From positions 473 through 64,472 of the forward strand of contig CANIVT010000013.1 in assembly GCA_947471565.1 (NCBI GenBank): a stretch of 64,000 bases of DNA. The letters run 5' to 3'. Positions 36,777-46,070 of this stretch are shown here, in pieces. The position numbers and the translations under genes were made by a program. The notes below the pieces were generated by a model. That model worked only from the letters and a program-made list of their open reading frames with translations. It was not told the DNA's origin and did not search any database. Origin of the DNA: Spartobacteria bacterium. GTDB lineage: Bacteria; Verrucomicrobiota; Verrucomicrobiia; Chthoniobacterales; UBA6821. Within the stretch, counting starts at the first letter, position 1. Each line of letters begins with the position of its first letter.

Positions 36777-37772
36777 ATGCGATCCCCCGTTCCAGCCCGT
36801 ATCCTTCCTGTTCTCTGCATGATTGGCCTGGTCTCGGGTGCGCTTGCTGCGGATGCCCCCACGGTTCCCGTTGCTGGAAAACAGGCGGGCGATCAGCGCG
36901 AGATCATGATCAAGGGAATTCCCGTGAAGTTCCGTTGGTGTCCTGCCGGAACTTTCACCATGGGATCCCCCGTCGGCGAGCCGGAGCGGGCCGCGGATGA
37001 GGCCCAGCACCAGGTGACCCTCTCCCAGGGTTTCTGGCTCATGGAGACGGAGGTAACCCAAGCGCTTTGGAAAGCCGTGAAGGGGCCCATCAATGCCAAG
37101 TTCAAGGGTGACGACCAACCCGCCGAACCGGTGAGCTGGTATGAGGCGGTGGAGTTTTGCAATGCCCTCAGCGAGGCGACCGGGTTGAAGAGTGCCTACG
37201 ACATCGACAGGCAGTCCAAGGATCCCGGCAACAAGGTGGACGAGAAAAAGGACACCCTCAAATGGAAGGTCACCGTTGTTCCCGGCAGCGACGGATTCCG
37301 CCTCCCGACCGAGGCCCAATGGGAATATGCCTGCCGCGCCGGCACCTCCACGGCGTTCAGTTTCGGCGACACCGTCAACACCGATCAGGCGAATTATAAC
37401 GGCAAGAACACCTACAACAACGGTCCCCAGGGAAAGTATCTGGAGAAAACGGCCCCCGTCGGATCCTATCCCCCGAATCCATGGGGCTTCCATGAAATGC
37501 ACGGCAATGCCTGGGAGTGGTGCTGGGATTGGCACGCCCCCTATCCGACCGGGCAGGTGACGGATCCCTGCGGGCCTCCGGAGGGTGGAGCCCGGATCGT
37601 CCGCGGAGGTGTCTGGCATTACAAGCCCGCCTATCTCCGCTCCGCCGCGAGATACAAGGACAATCCCGACAAGCACTGGGATCTTCTGGGCGTGAGGGCT
37701 CTGCTTCCATCCCCTGTCGCGGCAGGCAACGCAAGGCCGCCGGTGCCAGTAGCCTCTCCGAAAGCTCCCTGA
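36777..37772 (+). CDS. FGE-sulfatase (SUMF1) fold protein lacking the catalytic Cys pair, secreted
   Basis: 331 aa with a signal peptide. Motifs are 'FRWCPAGTFTMGSP', 'WYEAVEFCNALSE', 'FRLPTEAQWEYACRAGT' and 'NPWGFHEMHGNAWEWCWDW'. The C-terminal 'RIVRGGVWHYKPAYLRSAARY' replaces the 'GGSxxCHxSYCxRYR' motif of true FGEs and has no Cys. Confidence 0.85.
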   Translation: MRSPVPARILPVLCMIGLVSGALAADAPTVPVAGKQAGDQREIMIKGIPVKFRWCPAGTFTMGSPVGEPERAADEAQHQVTLSQGFWLMETEVTQALWKAVKGPINAKFKGDDQPAEPVSWYEAVEFCNALSEATGLKSAYDIDRQSKDPGNKVDEKKDTLKWKVTVVPGSDGFRLPTEAQWEYACRAGTSTAFSFGDTVNTDQANYNGKNTYNNGPQGKYLEKTAPVGSYPPNPWGFHEMHGNAWEWCWDWHAPYPTGQVTDPCGPPEGGARIVRGGVWHYKPAYLRSAARYKDNPDKHWDLLGVRALLPSPVAAGNARPPVPVASPKAP

Positions 37773-37804
37773 AAAAGCCTGCCTTGCGCTGTGCTGGCGT
37801 TCCC

Positions 37805-39274
37805 TTACCTGGGGATGTAAGGCTTCTGGACGGGATTCCAATTCTCGCATCTCACGGAGCCGGGCGGTGAGTCCCTGACGAGCAATCCGGCCGGCGGATT
37901 GTCCGGGGGGTTGAGAAAATGCATCGACGCCAGGGTCAGATTGCCAGTGTCGAAGCAGGCAACCGCGGGGCGCGCATCCGTTTTCACACAGCGGACGGTG
38001 ACGTTCGAGAAGGTGCAGTCGTTGACATGACGGAGCACCAATCCATAGGCGGGAAGGGGGCCGAAAACCGTGTAAGGCTCGGGATAGGCGTTCTCGCGTT
38101 CCTGCATGGGGATTCCAAGTTTCGATCCGTCGTCGCCTCCGGGAACCGTGAGATCAAGGTTTTCCAACTTCACGTCGCGGACGGGGAATCCGGGTATTCC
38201 CGAAATGAGGACCGTCCCCTGGGATCTCTTCGCCGTGCCGCTGACATTGCGGACAACGATTCCCGAGATGCTGCCGGGTCTCTCCCTGGGGTGATCGCCG
38301 GTGCGGAAAGCCCTCATCCGTGAACCCAGCCTGATGTAAAGGGGGAGATTGACATCCCTGAGGCGGATGTTTTCCAGGCGGACACCCCGGATATTGGACC
38401 CGTCGACGGAATAGATGCGGATCCCCCCCTTGGTGTTCCTGACGAAATCGCAGTCGGTCACCGAGATGTCCTCGAAATCCCCCACGCTCTCCGTACCGAT
38501 CTTGAACCCGTTCCAGAGCGTGTCCATCGAGCAGCGGATGATTCGGATTCCGCGGCACGGACGGTCGACAGTGGCCTTGAGGCAGACGGCGTCGTCGCCG
38601 CTCGTGATCGAGCAGTCGCTGATGGTCACGTCGCGGGAACCGTCGATGTCGATCCCGTCATTGTTGGCCCCGTGAGGGTTGCTCTGGATGGTGATCCGGT
38701 TGACGAGGACGTTGGTGCTGCCCCAAAGATGACACGTCCACATGGAGGCGCGTTTCAGGGTGACGTCCTCAAGGACAGCATCGGTGCAGTCCTGGAACCG
38801 CACCAGAAAGGGCCTGGGATTCATGCCCGTCATCAGATCCCCCTGACCGTCGATCGTGCCCGGTCCCGAGATCTTCACATCCGTGGCCTCGCGCGCGTTG
38901 AGGAGTGCCCGGTTGCACTTGGATCCCCGTCCGTCAAAAAACTCGCCCACCGCTGGATAATCGGCCGGGTTGAGGCTTCCCATCAGAAGAGCCTCGCGCT
39001 CCAGGAAAAGCCGGGTGTGCGGGCGGAGATTGACGGTGCCGGTGAGATATTTTCCCGCGGTGAAGCGGAGCGTGCCTCCTCCGCCTGCGGCCAGTTTGTC
39101 AATGGCGCGCTGGATGGCCTCCGTGGCGGGCGTGACACCGTCGGCCGGGATCCCTTCGTCGTGAGCGATCACTTCCGCAAGACGACCCTGTTCCGTGGTC
39201 GCGGCCGGGAGCATTGCCTGCGAGCCATACGTGGCGAAGATGAAACCGATCAGAAATCTCACTCTGGAATTCAT
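37805..39274 (-). CDS. GH28 glycoside hydrolase (polygalacturonase/rhamnogalacturonase-like)
   Basis: 489 aa with a signal peptide. It has a parallel beta-helix pattern and the GH28 catalytic region 'GANNDGIDIDGSRDVTISDCSITSGDDAVCLKA'. Confidence 0.85.
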   Translation of the reverse strand: MNSRVRFLIGFIFATYGSQAMLPAATTEQGRLAEVIAHDEGIPADGVTPATEAIQRAIDKLAAGGGGTLRFTAGKYLTGTVNLRPHTRLFLEREALLMGSLNPADYPAVGEFFDGRGSKCNRALLNAREATDVKISGPGTIDGQGDLMTGMNPRPFLVRFQDCTDAVLEDVTLKRASMWTCHLWGSTNVLVNRITIQSNPHGANNDGIDIDGSRDVTISDCSITSGDDAVCLKATVDRPCRGIRIIRCSMDTLWNGFKIGTESVGDFEDISVTDCDFVRNTKGGIRIYSVDGSNIRGVRLENIRLRDVNLPLYIRLGSRMRAFRTGDHPRERPGSISGIVVRNVSGTAKRSQGTVLISGIPGFPVRDVKLENLDLTVPGGDDGSKLGIPMQERENAYPEPYTVFGPLPAYGLVLRHVNDCTFSNVTVRCVKTDARPAVACFDTGNLTLASMHFLNPPDNPPAGLLVRDSPPGSVRCENWNPVQKPYIPR

Positions 39275-39371
39275 GGGTAAGAGAGCGTGATGGGATGGGT
39301 TGTTTTTTTCAACTCCGTGTCTTGGGAATTCACTTGGAAAGATCCCCGGTCATGTTTGAAATCCTCGGCAA

Positions 39372-40163
39372 ATGAACTCCCCCCGATTCCCGGTTCTTGC
39401 AGCGGCCATTCTTCTAGGTATCTCCCTCCAGTCGAAAGTTCTCCTGGCCGCGACGGATCCCTCGCCATCACCGTCTCCCTCGCAGCCTGCCCCGAAAAAG
39501 CCGCAGAGTCCCGTGGAGCCGGTCACTCAGCCCGGCAACGGCTATAACTGGATGGCCCGCCACGAAGCGGCGTTGGCACTCAAGCCCACGCTGAATCCCG
39601 ATGTGGTGTTCATCGGGGATTCGATCACCCACCACTGGGGCGGGCTTCCCGAGGGCCGGTTGAAACTGGGCGAAAAGGTTCTCAAATCGGCTTTTCCGAA
39701 TCACCGCATCCTGAACCTTGGTTTCGGTTCGGACAGGACCCAACACGTGCTCTGGCGTCTCGATCATGGGGAACTCACGGATCTCGATCCCAAGTGGGTG
39801 GTGATCAACATCGGCAGCAACAATACGTCCGATCGCAACAGCTCTATCGAGATCATGGATGGCATCAAGGCTGTCTGCGAGAGGGTCAGGACGCAGCTTC
39901 CCCATAGCCGGATCATCCTCATGTCGATCTTTCCCAGGGACGAAAAGGCGGATTGCCCCAGGCGAAAAATGATCTCCGAAATCAACAGGATGATCGCCGA
40001 CTACGCCAAGGCCAACGGAATCATCAATCTCGACATAGGCGATAAATTCCTGGATTCCAACGGCTCCGTCCGCAAAGACCTTCTTCCCGACCGATGTCAC
40101 CCTGTGGAGCCGGGCTACCGAATCTGGGCGGACGCGTTGCTTCCCTACTTGGATTCCAAATAA
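39372..40163 (+). CDS. SGNH/GDSL hydrolase (acetylesterase-like), secreted
   Basis: All four SGNH blocks are present: 'VVFIGDSITHHWG', 'LGFGSDRTQHV', 'VINIGSNN' and 'DRCHPVEPGY'. A signal peptide is followed by a Pro/Ser-rich linker. Confidence 0.85.
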   Translation: MNSPRFPVLAAAILLGISLQSKVLLAATDPSPSPSPSQPAPKKPQSPVEPVTQPGNGYNWMARHEAALALKPTLNPDVVFIGDSITHHWGGLPEGRLKLGEKVLKSAFPNHRILNLGFGSDRTQHVLWRLDHGELTDLDPKWVVINIGSNNTSDRNSSIEIMDGIKAVCERVRTQLPHSRIILMSIFPRDEKADCPRRKMISEINRMIADYAKANGIINLDIGDKFLDSNGSVRKDLLPDRCHPVEPGYRIWADALLPYLDSK

Positions 40164-40179
40164 GCTCCCCCGTGAGGGC

Positions 40180-41919
40180 CTAGGGCAGGATCCGAAAGCT
40201 CTGCCTCACGATCTCGGCTTTCTTGACCTTCGGTTCCGCCCAGCGACCGAATTGCCAGGCACCCACCGTCACCGTCAGGGGTAGCTTTGCATTGGGAGGG
40301 ATCTTGGTGAAGACGAGTTTGTCACCTTCGATCACAGCGGGTCCTGCATCGACGAAGAAGCGGACCGGGAGACCGGCGTCGGAGATGGCCTTCAGAGGGA
40401 TGGAAGCCGTCCCCGCCTTCACATCCGGAATCGGATCGAAAGTGATTTTTTGCGACGCACCCTCCGAGTTCATGCCCGTCACGTTCATTCCCGCGGGTTG
40501 GACCACCCCGCGCACGCCGGTCGTGCCGGGTTGACGGACCGCCAAGTAGGTGGCGACGTTCGGCCAGTTCCGGTCCACGGCGATGCGGAAAGTGCCGTTG
40601 CCAAGAGGTTCGATGCATCCGCTGGTCCATTCCACCACCGGATCGCCTGGGGTCTTTTCCAGTTTTACCCCGGCCCCTGCGCCGACGAAGTTCTCCGGGA
40701 CCTTGTCGAGCAGGACTCCCTTGAGTCGGAAGGTAATGCCGTCGGCCTCGGTCTGGACGACCGGAGCGTTGGAGACGGTACCCGTGGCGGCGTTGGTGAA
40801 GGGTTTCGGTTGGCAGTTGATGGAGATGGAGCTGATCCCGTTGAAGATAAAGGGCATCACCGTGCCGTTGGTGTCGGCAAAAGCCGGGAGTTGGGATTTT
40901 GACTTCCAATCCACCTTGCCGAGCGACTGCGCTTCCTCTGCGCTCTCCCTGTCGAAGAACCAGGGCATCGCGCGGTTGGTGGTGCCGTTCCATGCGGCAG
41001 GGGGTGAGGCTTCGTGTCCCGGTGCCGGCATGTCAGCGAGGAACCCCTCGCTCAGGTCGACGGATCGGAGGTTCGTGCTTCCGTCCCCAGGCAGTCGCGC
41101 CTTCGCGACGTTGCCGATAAAACGCGCGGTGATGGAAACGACCTTCTCCGAGCAATCAAAGTGACCGCTCTGCCCGTCGATCGCATAGGAAAGCGCCCAC
41201 CCGGGATGGTTTTTCCGCTCCATGACGATGTTCCCGTAGCCTGCGGCATTGGAAACCCAGCGGTCGGGGAAGGTCGTCTTCCTGTTGGTGTCGGCCTTGT
41301 CCTGCCCCCACTCCTGCGCTGTTCCGAAGACAACGAGTGCCGGCGTGGTGCGGTTGCGAGGTGGGAGATGGTTGTTCTTCAGCCAGATTCCGGCCATGGA
41401 GCGTCCGGGCATGGTTTCGACAAGGGCATCGGACATGAGAAGATGACCCGATTCCCCGATCGGTATCCACGGCACGGTCGCCACCTCGGGATAACCCGAG
41501 CAGTTGGCCAAGCCGTCGAGAAGCTGCTGCAGGAAGGCAACGGCCTCGGCATTCGCCATCTTTTTTTCGGGACCGAACCTTTTGAAGTTCATGAACGACT
41601 GGGGGCACCAGACGATCCCGAGGTCATTCTCCCGGCACACCCTGCGGATCTCCGGATGACCGGCCAGCATCATTTCGGGGACGTTGGAGCAAAGGATGAG
41701 AAGGCCGCGGAGTTTCCTGCATTCTTCCGGTACCCAAAGATAGGCGCGGGCCGTGGTCTTGGAGCCGTCGGGCCATCCCGAGAACTCACCTTCCTGCTTG
41801 AACTGGAAGACGACGTTCGCGGGAGAGCGAAGTTCCTCCGGCGTGCCGGCCCGGATGGCTGCGACCGTGAGTGACGTGGCCCCACAAGCCATGAGCAAGA
41901 CCCGGAAAGGCAAGTTCAT
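40180..41919 (-). CDS. Uncharacterised secreted protein with a GESGH motif and a C-terminal Ig-like region (paralog 1)
   Basis: The start is trimmed to the ATG at 41919 ('MNLPFRVLLMACGATSLTVAA'). It shares 'YLWVPEECRKLRGLLILCSNVPE', 'VPWIPIGESGHLLM', 'GTAQEWGQ', 'GQSGHFDC', 'AKARLPGDG' and 'ITFDPIPDVKAGT' with the next gene. Confidence 0.8.
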   Translation of the reverse strand: MNLPFRVLLMACGATSLTVAAIRAGTPEELRSPANVVFQFKQEGEFSGWPDGSKTTARAYLWVPEECRKLRGLLILCSNVPEMMLAGHPEIRRVCRENDLGIVWCPQSFMNFKRFGPEKKMANAEAVAFLQQLLDGLANCSGYPEVATVPWIPIGESGHLLMSDALVETMPGRSMAGIWLKNNHLPPRNRTTPALVVFGTAQEWGQDKADTNRKTTFPDRWVSNAAGYGNIVMERKNHPGWALSYAIDGQSGHFDCSEKVVSITARFIGNVAKARLPGDGSTNLRSVDLSEGFLADMPAPGHEASPPAAWNGTTNRAMPWFFDRESAEEAQSLGKVDWKSKSQLPAFADTNGTVMPFIFNGISSISINCQPKPFTNAATGTVSNAPVVQTEADGITFRLKGVLLDKVPENFVGAGAGVKLEKTPGDPVVEWTSGCIEPLGNGTFRIAVDRNWPNVATYLAVRQPGTTGVRGVVQPAGMNVTGMNSEGASQKITFDPIPDVKAGTASIPLKAISDAGLPVRFFVDAGPAVIEGDKLVFTKIPPNAKLPLTVTVGAWQFGRWAEPKVKKAEIVRQSFRILP

Positions 41920-41933
41920 GGAATCGTGATCGG

Positions 41934-43631
41934 TTAATTTTTCAGGATATGGAACGTCTGTTTGACGATCGGGGCGGTCCTGACTTTCGGATCCGCATTG
42001 CGGCCCCACTGCCATGCCGCCACGCTGACCGCAACGGGATAGGCGGCTCCCGGGGGGACTTTGGTCAATGTGAGGACATGATCCTTCACGGTGGCCGGTC
42101 CCGATTCCACGTAGAAGGAAACCGGCAGGCCGGAGTCCGACTTTGCTGTCAGGGACACCGATCCGGTGCCCTCCTTGACATCGGGAATCGGATCAAACGT
42201 GATGGTCTGCGGATTGCCCTCCTTGTTCTCCACCAGATTCACGGCAAGCGGCTGGAGCGCATAACGGACATCTTGGGACCCCTCCTGAATGACGGCCAGA
42301 TTACAGGAGGCGGCTTTCCAAGTGCGGTCAAGTGCCACCTTGAAACGGCCGTTTCCCAGGGGGGCAACGGGGCCGCAGATCCAGCGGACGGCAGGCGTGC
42401 CGGGAGTTGTTGCCAGCGTGTCGCCCTCTCCCACGAATCCTTGCGGGATCGCGGGCAGAAGCGCGCCCTTCAGGCTGAATTCGGAGTCGGTGGTGACATT
42501 CACCCTGCTGATGGAATCCTGGAAGACAAACGGATCCACGGAGCAGTTTTCGCCGGCTTCCACCGTCGGCATTTGGGTCTTTGCCTCCCAGTTCACGCGG
42601 GAGAAATCCTGAGCGTCGCGAGCGAGCGCCTCGGTCGGGAACCAGAGGCGGTTTCGATCACCGGGTGGTGAGTCCCTGTAGGAAGAGACGGGCGGGTTGG
42701 TATCCTTGGGCGAGGGGAGCCAAGCCAGAAAGCCGCTCTCAAGATCGACCGGCTTGAGACCCGGGGCCCCGTCGGCTGGGAGCCGAGCCTTGGCCATGGC
42801 GTCGATGTATTTGCCAAAGTAAGCGGCCATCCTGTCCGTGCAGTAGAAATGTCCGGTTCCGGGCTCGATGATCGCGCTCAGGGGCCATGTGGCATCGCGT
42901 CCCCAACCACGCTGACCCAGCCAGCTTTTGCGGACATCGGATTTTTTCTGTCCCCACTCCTGGGCCGTGCCCAGCGACCAGAGCATCGGCACGGTCCTGT
43001 CCTTGGGATATTGGGGGTTCTTGATGCAGATGCCGGCAATGCATCGCTCCGGGCGCTCATCCACCAGGCCCGTCACCATCAGGAGGTGTCCCGACTCGCC
43101 CATGGGAAGCCACGGGACCGACGACACCTCGCGGTAGCCCGAGACGGTGGCCAATCCCTCGAGCATCTCCTGAAGGAACCCGACTTGGGTTTTGCGGAGA
43201 TTGTTTTGAAACGCCGTTTTGGCCTGTTCCCCTTCCTTCTGGGCCGACTCCCAGAGTGCCTTGAAGCCGTTGAAGTTCCAGAAGCTCGGGACAAACCAGA
43301 CAAGACCCAGGGAGTTCTGTTCGCAGGCCTGCCTGATCGAAGGATGATTCACGAGCAGATGTTCGGGCACATTCGTGCAGAAGATGACCAACCCCTTGAT
43401 CTTGCCGCAGTTCTCGGGAATCCAGAGATAGCCCGTCGATTTTGTCGCGGAGCCGTCAGGCCAGTTGGTGCAGACGCCGCTGTAGGCGAACTGGAAAACC
43501 TGATTCTCCGGGGAGTGTCCCGATGAAACCGTCGTCGCGGTGGGAATTGCGGGGGCCGCTCCGAGGGTGGGAACCAACAGGCCAATTCCAATGATGATGG
43601 GCAGTAGTATTCTGGGGTATGTTGATTTCAT
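41934..43631 (-). CDS. Uncharacterised secreted protein with a GESGH motif and a C-terminal Ig-like region (paralog 2)
   Basis: 565 aa with signal 'RILLPIIIGIGLLVPTLGAA'. Conserved blocks are 'YLWIPENCGKIKGLVIFCTNVPE', 'VPWLPMGESGHLLM', 'GTAQEWGQ', 'GTGHFYC', 'AKARLPADG' and 'ITFDPIPDVKEGT'. Confidence 0.8.
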   Translation of the reverse strand: MKSTYPRILLPIIIGIGLLVPTLGAAPAIPTATTVSSGHSPENQVFQFAYSGVCTNWPDGSATKSTGYLWIPENCGKIKGLVIFCTNVPEHLLVNHPSIRQACEQNSLGLVWFVPSFWNFNGFKALWESAQKEGEQAKTAFQNNLRKTQVGFLQEMLEGLATVSGYREVSSVPWLPMGESGHLLMVTGLVDERPERCIAGICIKNPQYPKDRTVPMLWSLGTAQEWGQKKSDVRKSWLGQRGWGRDATWPLSAIIEPGTGHFYCTDRMAAYFGKYIDAMAKARLPADGAPGLKPVDLESGFLAWLPSPKDTNPPVSSYRDSPPGDRNRLWFPTEALARDAQDFSRVNWEAKTQMPTVEAGENCSVDPFVFQDSISRVNVTTDSEFSLKGALLPAIPQGFVGEGDTLATTPGTPAVRWICGPVAPLGNGRFKVALDRTWKAASCNLAVIQEGSQDVRYALQPLAVNLVENKEGNPQTITFDPIPDVKEGTGSVSLTAKSDSGLPVSFYVESGPATVKDHVLTLTKVPPGAAYPVAVSVAAWQWGRNADPKVRTAPIVKQTFHILKN

Positions 43632-43722
43632 TAGCTTATGGGGTGGATGTGATCCGACGCGGAATGTCTGGGAATCAAGGTTTTAAAACGACGGATTTCC
43701 GGATGAAAAGCCACTTCGACCC

Positions 43723-45978
43723 TCAGGTGCCGAAATTGTGATTCATGTCAGCAGGCTTCCAGGGGTCCTGCGAGGGAAGACGGCCCGCCTCCTCGTCCGA
43801 GGGGAGTTTGGTGCGGTACTTGTCGACCTGAAGGCCCATCTTCTCGAAGGGAATCTGCCGGAATCCGGGAATTTTGGAGAAAACCACGGAATCCTTTTTC
43901 AGTGCAAAGTTCCCGGCCGCGAGGTTGACGAATCCCGGATCGGTGTTGGTCACGAGGTTGTCGACGAAGCTGATCAGGGCGGGATTGTTGTTGTTTTCCT
44001 TCCTCATCGCCATTTTGTACGGTTCTCCCTCCTTGATGTAGACAAGGTTGTCCTTGAAGAGGGTCCTCAGCGGCAGTTCGTGCCGTTCCTGCAACAGGTT
44101 CACGATCTCGGGGTAACGTTCGCTCCAAGGGGGTTGCGTCGGGTTGATCTCCTGAACGGCGGAAATGAGCTTCGAGTTGGTGGCGTATCCCCGGGACAAT
44201 CCCCGGTCGTCGATGGCGAAGACGGGCCCCTTCTCCTTCACGAAGACATTGTTCACGATGCTGTTGTCCGGGCCGCTCGCGATCCAGACACCGGAGCGGT
44301 CACCCGTGAAAATGTTTCCGAAGACGAACGATCCCCCGGCGCCGTCGTCGGGATTGAACCCTCCGACCGTGTCGTGGATGTAGTTGTATCGGATGACGAC
44401 TCCCCGGAGCGTCCAGTCGAGCCATGCGTAGAAGGCCCCCGTATCCGCGGTGTCATAGGCACAGCGGTAGACTTCGTTGAACTCGAAGACATTGTCGTTT
44501 CCCCCGTAGAGGAAAGCGTCGCGGGGGGCGTGATGGATCACGTTGTGGGCCACGTAACATCCGACCACACCCTCGTCGCGCTTCGCATTGTCGACCAGTC
44601 GGGCGGTGTTGATGGCGGCCGAGTATTGGGCCTTGAGCACTCCGTAGCGATGGAGGTGATTGTTGACGATGTAGTTTCCCGAGGGGGTGAGGGTCAGGCG
44701 GTCCCCGGGATTTCCGTTCACGATCACGCACCCCTTGCCGAGATCGTGCATGTCGTTGCTCTGGATGCCGCAGTTGCGTCCCTGCAACTGGATGCCGTTT
44801 CCTCCCAGGTTCAGGAAGGTGCAGCCCGCCACGAGATCCCTCAAGCCGTTCACGACGAGCATCCCTTCACCGAGCGATCCCTCGAAGGTGAGACCGATGA
44901 ACGCCAGATCGGAGGCCCCGTTGATCGAAACCAACGGTTGATCGAGTTGGGAGAACACGATGTCGGCGCCATCGAGCGGAGCCGGTGGCCAGAAATAGAG
45001 TTTCCGGGAGTTGAAATCGATGGCCCACTGGCCGGGGTTCCGGATCTCCTCAGGCAGGTTGATCGCGCACCACTTCTCCTTTCCTGATCCGTATGGCGGG
45101 GCCTTGCGGTGATACTTGCTGCCGATCCCGTTTACCAATCCGACGGCAAAGGTGATCGTCCGGTTCGTGGGATCGATCGCACCGACCTTCATCGCCGGAT
45201 CCTCCCATCCGACTCGCCATTGGCCCTTGAGCCAGACACCGTTGGTCGGATTCCAGCGCGCAGGCTCCTTCTCATTGTAAACAAACGTGCCGGGGATCTT
45301 TTTGTCACCGATGACCGTCACCTCCTTCATCGTGGTGTAATCGTCGTAGGGCCAGCGGGATAGCTTCATCCGCCTGCCGTTGAAGAAGAGTTCGAAGATC
45401 CCGCCGCCGTCCTTGAAGATATCGGGGAACGGGCCGGTGTGCTTCAGGCCAAGTGCCTTCAGATCTGCGACGAGCACCTTGCCGGCTGTCTCGGGTGCGA
45501 GGCGTTTCTGCATTTCGGGATCGGTGACGGCCGCGAAGTCAGCGGCCTTGAGCACCTTGCCGCCGGCAAGCCTCGGCTTCTCGTCTTTGTAGGCGCGGTA
45601 GACGACAGGGGATCCCTGCGATCCGGAATCCTCCTGTGCAAAGTTCAGAGAATCGGCCAACTGATAGACCCCGCCGCGAAGGTTCACGGCGACGCCGCCC
45701 TTCGGCAGACCTCCGGATTGCTTCAGTTTGAGAACCTCGTCACGGGCGCGGGCGATTGTTGAGAAGGGGCCGGAGGACCCTGCCCTTTCCGGAGAAAGTC
45801 CGTCGCAGGAGTCATCACCCGAGGGGGAGACGAAGAACTCCTTCGCAAAACCCTTATCGGGGATCTCGATCGTCGTGATGGGAGGAGTAAAGGTCTTCCA
45901 GTCCGGGGGAGCGGCGAAACCGGACGCGGTCAGGACAACCGAAAGAACCGGCAGGAATGCACGGGGGGAAAGGCGCAT
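43723..45978 (-). CDS. Right-handed parallel beta-helix repeat protein (putative polysaccharide lyase/glycosidase)
   Basis: The start is trimmed to the ATG at 45978 ('MRLSPRAFLPVLSVVLTASGFA'). The N-terminal 'FFVSPSGDDSCDGLSPERAGSSGPFSTIARARDEV' is typical of pectate-lyase-fold proteins. Repeated 'G..I..N.....G' beta-helix coils are visible. A GH141-like relationship is only a guess. Confidence 0.6.
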   Translation of the reverse strand: MRLSPRAFLPVLSVVLTASGFAAPPDWKTFTPPITTIEIPDKGFAKEFFVSPSGDDSCDGLSPERAGSSGPFSTIARARDEVLKLKQSGGLPKGGVAVNLRGGVYQLADSLNFAQEDSGSQGSPVVYRAYKDEKPRLAGGKVLKAADFAAVTDPEMQKRLAPETAGKVLVADLKALGLKHTGPFPDIFKDGGGIFELFFNGRRMKLSRWPYDDYTTMKEVTVIGDKKIPGTFVYNEKEPARWNPTNGVWLKGQWRVGWEDPAMKVGAIDPTNRTITFAVGLVNGIGSKYHRKAPPYGSGKEKWCAINLPEEIRNPGQWAIDFNSRKLYFWPPAPLDGADIVFSQLDQPLVSINGASDLAFIGLTFEGSLGEGMLVVNGLRDLVAGCTFLNLGGNGIQLQGRNCGIQSNDMHDLGKGCVIVNGNPGDRLTLTPSGNYIVNNHLHRYGVLKAQYSAAINTARLVDNAKRDEGVVGCYVAHNVIHHAPRDAFLYGGNDNVFEFNEVYRCAYDTADTGAFYAWLDWTLRGVVIRYNYIHDTVGGFNPDDGAGGSFVFGNIFTGDRSGVWIASGPDNSIVNNVFVKEKGPVFAIDDRGLSRGYATNSKLISAVQEINPTQPPWSERYPEIVNLLQERHELPLRTLFKDNLVYIKEGEPYKMAMRKENNNNPALISFVDNLVTNTDPGFVNLAAGNFALKKDSVVFSKIPGFRQIPFEKMGLQVDKYRTKLPSDEEAGRLPSQDPWKPADMNHNFGT

Positions 45979-46070
45979 GGATCTTCCATCGAATATCAGC
46001 CACGCCGCGGAGGGCAACGCGATTCAACCATTTACACGGATTTTTCTCCGTGCATGCTCATGCCTCGCCC

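Noticed and set aside
36777-37772. The FGE-fold protein as a diversity-generating retroelement (DGR) target; its C-terminal 'GGVWHYKPAYLRSAARYKDNPDKHWDLLGVRA' resembles the position of DGR variable regions in FGE/CLec-fold proteins
   Set aside because: I could find no reverse transcriptase ORF and no template-repeat copy of the 3' end anywhere in the 64 kb. The motif frame is also common to non-DGR members of the family. A remote DGR cannot be excluded without the whole genome.
36585-37850. N-terminal 422-aa extension of ORF 34398..37850
   Set aside because: The extension is antisense to the clearly coding FGE-fold gene. A canonical signal peptide starts at the internal ATG (36584). The same logic was used to trim ORFs 26429.., 29989.., 45957.., 47126.., 49750.., 52470.., 57203.., 17518..18609, 25164..26960, 40180..42015 and 43723..46017.
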